From IMG/VR virus record IMGVR_UViG_3300028908_000010, positions 1 to 60,947 of that record: DNA of 60,947 nucleotides, one strand, 5' to 3'. Below the pieces are notes generated by a model. It was not told the origin of the DNA, ran no database searches, and worked only from the letters and a program-made list of their open reading frames with translations. The translations under genes and the position numbers were made by a program. This document shows, piece by piece, positions 53,959 through 60,947 of this stretch (positions within the stretch are counted from its first letter, which is position 1; every line of letters begins with the position of its first letter). This DNA is from a virus (taxonomy: Duplodnaviria; Caudoviricetes).

Positions 53959-55254
53959 TTATACCTCCACTGCGTAAGGTTGTAAATAGCATACAGCAGT
54001 GCTAACACCAGACGCATTAATATCAAAAATAAATTTATTATCCATTAAAATAATCTCCAATTGCTGAGCATATTTCCTATTATTAATTGAAGGAACTAAC
54101 CTGCCAATTACAGCAGTTGATGTATAATCCTTTATACTAATATCCGCATATGTATTAGATGCGTCGCTGTCTTGGAAGAAACATACAGCCTTTATAGCTT
54201 TCGTTCCAGATCCTATTTTCCCTTGAGAATCAGAAACAACATTTAAACTTCTATATGTATCAGAAAAAGATTGTCCTGCAAGACTATCAAGGGAGAAAAT
54301 ATTCCTTAAAAAAATTAACCCATGCCCAGGGACATAGTTGCCTTCGCCTATGTAAGAGCCATAGGTGAGCATAACTTCCTCATGTTTTACATCCCCTGAT
54401 GCTCTATTGTAGAAAAAGCCGAACTTCACCATGGTAGCATTTAATGGAATGGTTACTGTAACTTCCAGCCATTCAGCATTACCACTTCCACTATGGTAAG
54501 GACTCTGAGCCAAAATCCCCTCCTCAGTCCAAACAGCAATGCAAGCATGATTAGAAACATTAGAAGTTAACTTCGCTCCAACTGTAACTGTTCTGCCTCT
54601 GAACTGATCCACCCACCACTCCTCGTCCCCCCAACTTGGGAATCTCCACTGAAGGCCACCTGTTACATCTGGAACGGCTTTTACTTTCCCACTCTCTAAT
54701 ACATACAATTTAAGATATGAAGACATATACTTCTCCCATCCATCAGGAGCATAGTTATTAGCTCCCACATAAGCTGGTATCACTTCACTTGCAGTTCCAG
54801 TCGCACACCCTGTCCTGTCCACTTCAAAAGTGTTTGCATCAGTAACATTAACTACTACAAACACATTTCCAGCACTATCTTTAAGTAGATGACCAGCTTG
54901 CATAGGATGGTTTGTAGCTGTTACTGTAGTGTCCACAACAGAGCTGATAGTAAATGAAGAAAATCCCGTATTTGGATCAGTAGAATCTGCTAACGTTGCC
55001 CGTGAATTGACTATAAACCTATCATAACCACGAAATAGATTTACAGGAAATCTCCAATCAGCCACCTGTTCCCGTAGAAGTTTATCTCGATAGTATAATT
55101 CTCTTGTTGATTCTTTTACAGCCACTATTTGATTGCCTTCGTGGTCATCTATACGCAAAAGGCTTCCTTCTGGGAGACGTCCACGAGTGCTTTTTCTGAA
55201 TAAATCAGTTAAATTAAGTAATTTGAATACACGTTGAAATACATTTCCAGCCAT
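53959..55254 (-). CDS. Putative head/tail fibre with CBM-like domain
   Basis: Beta-rich; H.GSG..EWLEVT.TIP..AT carbohydrate-binding-module-like segment. Confidence 0.55.
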   Translation of the reverse strand: MAGNVFQRVFKLLNLTDLFRKSTRGRLPEGSLLRIDDHEGNQIVAVKESTRELYYRDKLLREQVADWRFPVNLFRGYDRFIVNSRATLADSTDPNTGFSSFTISSVVDTTVTATNHPMQAGHLLKDSAGNVFVVVNVTDANTFEVDRTGCATGTASEVIPAYVGANNYAPDGWEKYMSSYLKLYVLESGKVKAVPDVTGGLQWRFPSWGDEEWWVDQFRGRTVTVGAKLTSNVSNHACIAVWTEEGILAQSPYHSGSGNAEWLEVTVTIPLNATMVKFGFFYNRASGDVKHEEVMLTYGSYIGEGNYVPGHGLIFLRNIFSLDSLAGQSFSDTYRSLNVVSDSQGKIGSGTKAIKAVCFFQDSDASNTYADISIKDYTSTAVIGRLVPSINNRKYAQQLEIILMDNKFIFDINASGVSTAVCYLQPYAVEV

Positions 55255-55266
55255 CGCCTCACCTCC

Positions 55267-55548
55267 TTATTCCTGAGCTAATCTGCCAACTATAATTCCG
55301 CTGTTGTAGGTCGTAACACCGAATCGGTAGTAAACACCTTCTTCTGGTTCGTAACCAACATACTCACCATTTTCGTAAAATTCTTCAACACCATGCCATG
55401 TAATACCCTTATCAAAAGAACGTTGAACCACAACAGTTGCATCCCATGTCCCAGATATAGAAAAGTTAAAATCTCCCCTCTCAAGTCTGAGAGGAGAAGA
55501 AAAAGTATTTGCCGAATTTATAGTTGCTTCTATTTTGCGTGTAGCCAT
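55267..55548 (-). CDS. Small beta-sandwich virion protein
   Basis: SISGTW.ATV.VQRS.D.G.TW...YR. Confidence 0.6.
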   Translation of the reverse strand: MATRKIEATINSANTFSSPLRLERGDFNFSISGTWDATVVVQRSFDKGITWHGVEEFYENGEYVGYEPEEGVYYRFGVTTYNSGIIVGRLAQE

Positions 55549-55565
55549 CGACTACCTCCACAAGT

Positions 55566-55994
55566 TTAGTATTTTGCCTTTAATCTACCTTGTATACGAC
55601 GTGCACGTGATAGCATTTTAGATTTATAGGAAAGCATATTAGCACTTTTCTTATTAGCCATACGTCTTGCCCGTGGTGAAGAAGGTCTAACATTTTTCAA
55701 CCTTTTAATAATACGTTTTACATTGGATATATTTCGTTTAACATGACGCAATTGTCTCTTTAAATATTTTCTACTATTAGAAATAGACATAGCCCTACGT
55801 ATACGTTGACGTCTCTTCAACCGCTCCCTCATTCTTGCTCGTGGACTTCCCCATCCTTCCAGACTAACATGCTTACTTTTTCTTTTAGATCTAACTGTAT
55901 TATTTTTTATATGCCTTTTAACAGTAACAAGTCTTCCACGCCGTCTTGTAGCACCCAAAATACGTTTATATGATAGTGTCCTTCGTCTAACCAT
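55566..55994 (-). CDS. Extremely Arg/Lys-rich protamine-like protein
   Basis: By my count 34 Arg, 19 Lys, 2 Glu, 0 Asp in 142 aa; GGAGGT SD. Confidence 0.75.
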   Translation of the reverse strand: MVRRRTLSYKRILGATRRRGRLVTVKRHIKNNTVRSKRKSKHVSLEGWGSPRARMRERLKRRQRIRRAMSISNSRKYLKRQLRHVKRNISNVKRIIKRLKNVRPSSPRARRMANKKSANMLSYKSKMLSRARRIQGRLKAKY

Positions 55995-56007
55995 TTTAGT
56001 CTACCTC

Positions 56008-56355
56008 CTAAACTTTATTCTTACCATGCTCTAATAAGAACTGTTCTACCCTCCCCATAAAATTACTAATCTTACTAAACTCTTTAGCATTTGCTATAGC
56101 TTGTTTTCTTAATTCTTCCCCAAGTTGTGAAACAGCAACTTTTACTTCATTAATATCATCTGTAATAGCTTTATATACTTGTGTATGCTCTCTATTAGTA
56201 ACATAAACAGGAGTGCCATTTTTTGCTGTCATTCTCTTTTCCATAGCTTGTATCTCCCTACTCAAAACATTAATTTTCTCAGTAAATTTACCCCACAATA
56301 CAGCAAACCCTATGATGGTAGTTAAAATAGGAATAAGTGCAGTTATCTCAATCAT
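56008..56355 (-). CDS. Single-TM coiled-coil protein (holin/antiholin-like)
   Basis: N-terminal TM segment, next to the endolysin. Confidence 0.55.
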   Translation of the reverse strand: MIEITALIPILTTIIGFAVLWGKFTEKINVLSREIQAMEKRMTAKNGTPVYVTNREHTQVYKAITDDINEVKVAVSQLGEELRKQAIANAKEFSKISNFMGRVEQFLLEHGKNKV

Positions 56356-56785
56356 ACATGCCTCCCAAATCAGGGTCTTTACCAGTTTTCAAAATATTAG
56401 CTAAAGTTTCACAACGAGAACCAACTTGTTTATGGTATCTACTATTCAAAAGCTCAGCACCAGCCGTTTCAAAATCACCATTCTGCAAGGCAGATAGCAT
56501 TTTTTTAAAGGACAAAAGAGATGATAAACCCATATTAAAAATAAGTTCTATTATGACTCCCTTTTGAGCATTGTTGAGATGCTGTTTGTATTTATCTGGA
56601 AGCCTAAAAATAAAATCTTCATATGCTTCTTTGAGATCCAATTGGAACAAAACTTCAAGCAGTTCTTTAGGCAGTCCTTTAGTAAGGTTGTGTCCATAGC
56701 CTATAGTAGGAATACCCAGACTGTCTCTATAGTATCTTAAAATAAGCCCTTCATGTTTCTTTATACGTGTTTCAAGAGACCACAT
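56348..56785 (-). CDS. Endolysin, T4-type (GH24) lysozyme
   Basis: HEG....Y.D.LG.PTIGYGHNL with Glu/Asp/Thr spacing as in T4 lysozyme; FNMG. Confidence 0.9.
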   Translation of the reverse strand: MWSLETRIKKHEGLILRYYRDSLGIPTIGYGHNLTKGLPKELLEVLFQLDLKEAYEDFIFRLPDKYKQHLNNAQKGVIIELIFNMGLSSLLSFKKMLSALQNGDFETAGAELLNSRYHKQVGSRCETLANILKTGKDPDLGGMYD

Positions 56786-57012
56786 TATACTTTAACCTCC
56801 GTTGATTTATGTAAGGGTTCTTCAAAAAAATCATGTAGAAAAATCATATAAGAATGGGAAATGCCTCTCAAAAAATGTAACCTCGACGAATCCTCACAAG
56901 AAATCATTTTAACAAGAGATAAATATAATTTATCTTCAATATATTTTTTCATTCCTTCATACAATCTTGGATTAGCCTTCAATGCTTGTTTCAATGCTCT
57001 AATATCTGTCAT
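56785..57012 (-). CDS. Small protein downstream of portal
   Basis: Coupled to the portal gene. Confidence 0.6.
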   Translation of the reverse strand: MTDIRALKQALKANPRLYEGMKKYIEDKLYLSLVKMISCEDSSRLHFLRGISHSYMIFLHDFFEEPLHKSTEVKV

Positions 57013-59018
57013 CGTCCATTCTCCCTCAAAAATCTTGAAACATCTATACCTTTCTGAACTGCCTCATTTTGGACACTATTTAAAGGACTTTTTGTTTGGG
57101 TAGGTTGCCCTATCTGCATCTGTTCAAGAATTGGTTTAATCAATTCCTGTATCTCATCAGAATAGCCAAAAATCCTATCTGGGTCTATACCTATGGATTT
57201 AGCAATAGTGCCTAATAAATATTTCCTTCCCTCCACACCAACCAATTGTTGGTCAATCGGATTGGAGACTATTCTCAATAATTCGAGTGCTCTTGTAGCT
57301 TCCATCTCCCTTTCAGCAAGGGATAATGTTCCTTTAGTTCTTATCTTCAAATCTGGAATCTCAGAAAGTTTAGATTTGGGAACTAATGTATAATACATTC
57401 TGGAAACAACTGGATTTATAATACCTGAATCAATATTACGTAAAACTGCCTTGATACCTCGTGTAGCATTGGTAGTAAGCATTGACAGCCCACTTGCGGT
57501 CCTACCTGCACCACCAACAGTGATGTCACCATGAGCATAGGCTGGTATTCCAGAAGTTTCATCAGCCATCTTCATGTAGTAAGTCATAACAATAGCTAAC
57601 CTATCTGCAACCAATTGTATATTATTAAATCTATAAGCAGGAGCTTCACTCATCGCTGATTCATGAGTATCATACATATGCCAAGGAATTATAGCTTTGG
57701 GTTCATTGTCAGAAATTCTATCAATATTACGTTCTATTAACGGACCAGAAGCTAAAACAGAATTTACCACAATGGCACGAGCCATTGCATTTACTGAATC
57801 CTGAATAGAACTTATCACTTCTGGTAGAGCTATTCCCCAGAAGGAGTAGGGTAAAGATATAAATGACGCCTTTGCATATGGTTTTAATCCAAGTGGGTCT
57901 TCATTTAATACAGCTTTCAAAACCATATTTTCTATCATCCAAATAGTAGTCTCATAATACTTATTTGGGTCATTAACTGACAAACCATAATCTTGAAGAA
58001 GTTTTCCTTTTACTGACCCCCAAAATTCAAGAACATCAATATAAGGATAGTCTGCCTCCGATGCACCTTCATTTTCCTCAAGGGAATCAACTGTCGCAGT
58101 ATAAGAAAGATGATGGAATCTATATCCCTGGTCATATCTATCTAAAACATCATCAATTACATCAGAGTTATAACCAGGTAGACCTTTGAGTTTATATAAA
58201 TCTTGAGGTAGAAGATTCAAAACCTCAATAACGTAGTCCTCAAACCCAGTTGCATAAGGAGAAGGATATATATTAAAAGGAGACACAACTTTAAATTTAT
58301 ATACTTCCTTATCCTTAGGTTCAAGACCTAAATTAGTTCTTACATATCCTTTTTCTTTTGAAAGAATACCTCCTTTAATTATAGCTGTAGGAAATATAGA
58401 AATATCTACACATAGAGAAGAAAGTGCCTCATGAAACCCACCTTCGATTAATACATCATCAAGTTTCTTTTTAAAGCCCTCTGCTAATTTTTTTGAGTAT
58501 TTTTCTATTTCTATTTTAAGTTCCTTTTCTGCTAAATCTTTAGCATCAATAACAAATGACTGTAAATCTTCAAAAGGCAAATATTTGGATATAGGAGCTA
58601 TAGCATCAAATACCTTGTGTGCAAGTATTTGTTGTATTTCCAATGGAAGGTCTGGAACAGGAGTAGTAGCTATATCATAAGGCAATGTTTCATCATGAAA
58701 TAGAACATCAACAAGCCATGCAGTCAATGCCCTGCATTTTATTGAAGTAAGAGGGATATATATCTCAGGAGCATCTATTTGTTTTAATTCATGTAATTTT
58801 TCATCTGAATATTGTGATTTAAATCTTTGCATACAATCTATTAAACGTTCTTCTATAGGTTGCTTTGCCCGTTTAGCTTCATCAAATTTTGACAATACAT
58901 ACTGGGATAAATTTGCCATTGTCAAGTTAGTCATTGGTCTTAATTCTTCTGGAACTTCACCAGGCTCTGGACTTGGAAGTGCTGTAGGCATATTATCTAC
59001 TGGAATAAACTCTATCAA
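57009..59018 (-). CDS. Portal protein
   Basis: 669 aa after TerL; VLEFWG, FWG..LP, ADETSGIPAY.HG, TASGLSML. Confidence 0.88.
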   Translation of the reverse strand: MIEFIPVDNMPTALPSPEPGEVPEELRPMTNLTMANLSQYVLSKFDEAKRAKQPIEERLIDCMQRFKSQYSDEKLHELKQIDAPEIYIPLTSIKCRALTAWLVDVLFHDETLPYDIATTPVPDLPLEIQQILAHKVFDAIAPISKYLPFEDLQSFVIDAKDLAEKELKIEIEKYSKKLAEGFKKKLDDVLIEGGFHEALSSLCVDISIFPTAIIKGGILSKEKGYVRTNLGLEPKDKEVYKFKVVSPFNIYPSPYATGFEDYVIEVLNLLPQDLYKLKGLPGYNSDVIDDVLDRYDQGYRFHHLSYTATVDSLEENEGASEADYPYIDVLEFWGSVKGKLLQDYGLSVNDPNKYYETTIWMIENMVLKAVLNEDPLGLKPYAKASFISLPYSFWGIALPEVISSIQDSVNAMARAIVVNSVLASGPLIERNIDRISDNEPKAIIPWHMYDTHESAMSEAPAYRFNNIQLVADRLAIVMTYYMKMADETSGIPAYAHGDITVGGAGRTASGLSMLTTNATRGIKAVLRNIDSGIINPVVSRMYYTLVPKSKLSEIPDLKIRTKGTLSLAEREMEATRALELLRIVSNPIDQQLVGVEGRKYLLGTIAKSIGIDPDRIFGYSDEIQELIKPILEQMQIGQPTQTKSPLNSVQNEAVQKGIDVSRFLRENGR

Positions 59019-60463
59019 AACCCACCTCCTAACATAGTTATAGCATTTTGTCCTGATGAAGAAAAATCACTTTCTGATATATCATAAGTAGGTTTTCTAT
59101 ATCCCAATGCTCCATATTGAAGTGCATCTGCAACATGTGACCATTTATTCTTTTCTGGAACATTTGAATACATATCAGTCCCTACACTTATTCTTTTCAT
59201 TCTATACTTTCCCTTCATAGCCTGTCTAAGAACTTTACAAGTAGGGGATAATTGAAATGCTGGAGCTACTTCACTCCTACTTATATCCATTCCTAAAAGA
59301 TACTTGTTTACAGCATTTAATCTAATCTGAATTGAATTGGAATAAGCAGGATAAGCCTTCAAGCCAAGTTGAGATATAGCTTGAAAAACAGACCTACCAT
59401 CAATTTGTGACCGTGCCTTCCCAGCAGGGTCACCAATAATAACAAAACTTTTGAATTTATAAGCTTCATTCTCCTCTATAAATGGCAGGACAAAATATTT
59501 AATAAATTCAATTACGTCTATTGGCTCTTCAGCAACAAGTTCATCAAGAACAAGTAATCTTCTTGGAGGCTTTTGGATAAAAACACATGCAGGAGTGAGA
59601 CCAAAATCCATACCTAATATTAAGGAAAGTCCAGGTAGTGGAGCTAATGGAGTTTTAGAACAGTGAATTTTATCATCATACATTGAAAATACAGGTTTTC
59701 CAGATTTTACAGACCCATACAGTCCATGAACATAAACATCTATCCACTCAGGGTCTTTACCAACACATAGGTCTTCATAATAATTTTCAGGAAGATTAGA
59801 GACATTCTCAGCATAGGGAGATAATCCAGAAGGTTGATGAAAAATCTCAGCCTTTTCAGGTCTATTTTCCTCAAAATACTTATAAAACCAATGATCATCG
59901 TCTGGAGGGTTTGTATCCAGAAGAATTCCTATCCATGTTGGTCCATAAATTATATTTCCATTTTCATCTCTTATAGTTGGTGGATACCTAAGTCGTCCTT
60001 CAATTGTATCAAATATTTCTTTGTGGATTTCTTTTGCTTCGTTTAACCAGACAGCAGTTACTTCTAATGAATATAAATTAGCAACATGCTCTGGTCTGTC
60101 CAAAGCCCTTAACAACCATTCTGATTCAACTACTGTTCCATCTTTTAATCTCATTCTTAGGATATATTTACTTTCAGATTCTTTCCATTCTGCAAAGGGA
60201 AGCCAATAGTCAATAGTTTTCTTCGTTGTATCTTTCAACATTCTATAAGTATTTCTTACTATAGCAAAACGGGTTCTTCTAATTCCATGTGGGTCAGGTT
60301 GTTGTTCACATGCTATTTTTAGGAGGGTAATCACACAACCAGAAGATTTACCAGAACCAAAAGGACCAACAATTGCACGAATTTTCTTTTTTGAAAGATA
60401 GAATTTCTTTATTGTAGGAACATCATTGAAATTAAAAGGTTGTTTTAATGAAAACGTTTTCAC
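59015..60463 (-). CDS. terL: Terminase large subunit
   Basis: GPFGSGKS, NEA, DTNPP, GMDFGLTPA, GDPAG, SHVADALQY. Confidence 0.95.
   Translation of the reverse strand: MKTFSLKQPFNFNDVPTIKKFYLSKKKIRAIVGPFGSGKSSGCVITLLKIACEQQPDPHGIRRTRFAIVRNTYRMLKDTTKKTIDYWLPFAEWKESESKYILRMRLKDGTVVESEWLLRALDRPEHVANLYSLEVTAVWLNEAKEIHKEIFDTIEGRLRYPPTIRDENGNIIYGPTWIGILLDTNPPDDDHWFYKYFEENRPEKAEIFHQPSGLSPYAENVSNLPENYYEDLCVGKDPEWIDVYVHGLYGSVKSGKPVFSMYDDKIHCSKTPLAPLPGLSLILGMDFGLTPACVFIQKPPRRLLVLDELVAEEPIDVIEFIKYFVLPFIEENEAYKFKSFVIIGDPAGKARSQIDGRSVFQAISQLGLKAYPAYSNSIQIRLNAVNKYLLGMDISRSEVAPAFQLSPTCKVLRQAMKGKYRMKRISVGTDMYSNVPEKNKWSHVADALQYGALGYRKPTYDISESDFSSSGQNAITMLGGGF
60449..60462. promoter_or_regulatory. Dispersed palindrome TGAAAACGTTTTCA over the terL start
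   Basis: Exact copy; GTG AAA ACG TTT TCA are the first terL codons. Confidence 0.85.
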
Positions 60464-60528
60464 AATTCAAAATCTGAATAAAAGAGTTTTAATATCTTCA
60501 GTTTTAACCATAACAAAAATCTTTTCAT
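60460..60528 (-). CDS. 22-aa ORF coupled to terL (GTGA overlap)
   Basis: MKRFLLWLKLKILKLFYSDFEL; terL has no SD of its own. Confidence 0.35.
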   Translation of the reverse strand: MKRFLLWLKLKILKLFYSDFEL

Positions 60529-60565
60529 AATTCAATCCCTAATAAAATTCCAAACAAACTTAATA

Positions 60566-60934
60566 TTATTCATTAGCAGATATAGATGCTACTTTATCAT
60601 CTATAGTTCCTCTTTCACCAATTATTTGTTCTTTTGTTATAATAATTCTACCACATTTTGGACACCATCTTTCTCTGATAATATCAGAACCACTATATCT
60701 GATTCTGATAATTTTTGTATTTTTGTTTTTGCATTTGCACTCTGGGGATGTTTGAACTTTTCTGACTCCTTCTCGCATAGGAAGACCAAATTCTTGCATT
60801 ATGTTGTATAATGTTCCTCTGCTCAAATTCAGTTTTTCACAAACTTTCTGAAGGGGAAGCAAATCTCTGTAATAAAAATCTATAATTTTGTTCCTGATTT
60901 CTGCTGTTCTCAATTTCTTCATTTTTGTTCTCAT
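60566..60934 (-). CDS. HTH plus NrdR-like Zn-ribbon regulator
   Basis: LQKVCEKLNLSRGTLYNIM HTH; CKC...T.II..R......RERWCPKCG....TKE. Confidence 0.7.
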   Translation of the reverse strand: MRTKMKKLRTAEIRNKIIDFYYRDLLPLQKVCEKLNLSRGTLYNIMQEFGLPMREGVRKVQTSPECKCKNKNTKIIRIRYSGSDIIRERWCPKCGRIIITKEQIIGERGTIDDKVASISANE

Positions 60935-60947
60935 AAAAACCTCCTGT
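60813..60947. repeat. Terminal direct repeat, right copy
   Basis: Matches 1-135 with one mismatch. Confidence 0.95.

Noticed and set aside
2146-60462. Palindromes as CRISPR repeats, canonical parS or transposon ends
   Set aside because: Spacing is kilobases and irregular, the sequence differs from TGTTTCACGTGAAACA, and no transposase or ParA/ParB CTPase is evident
30610-60811. Many 60-180 aa plus-strand ORFs opposite the structural genes, and similar shadows elsewhere
   Set aside because: Antisense shadows without SD or recognisable motifs
1-60947. Integrase, reverse transcriptase/DGR, introns, inteins, rRNA
   Set aside because: No supporting motifs seen; core genes are uninterrupted and of ordinary length

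Overview
This window is an apparently complete, circularly assembled AT-rich dsDNA tailed phage genome of about 60.8 kb (135-bp terminal overlap). I found no integrase, RNA polymerase, tRNA or CRISPR array. Layout: (i) an AT-rich non-coding region with divergent sigma70-type promoters (170-815); (ii) a rightward accessory/nucleotide block (Cys-protease-like protein, frameshifted DUF1599/Nmad1-like gene, ThyA-like protein, DNA methylase, HEXXH peptidase); (iii) a leftward block of small early genes with their own promoters, including an AcrIII-1 (DUF1874) ring-nuclease homologue, headed by a displaced terminase small subunit; (iv) a rightward block with a PF49/DUF3102-like DNA-binding protein, three proteins ending in a shared basic-[IV]WW tail and a DUF1257/DUF2997/Ycf46-type AAA+ trio; (v) a replication/recombination module (DnaB, primase, SSB, SF2 helicase, RecA, nucleases, UDG-fused PolA); (vi) a leftward podovirus-like morphogenesis module ending in a 2962-aa polyvalent ejection-type protein with ART-like and zincin domains. 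The strongest unexplained signals are a 14-bp palindrome TGAAAACGTTTTCA dispersed genome-wide (9 exact copies plus 5 centre variants, many inside genes) and the shared C-terminal WW tail next to the AAA+ module. All family assignments come from motif recognition by eye, not database searches.
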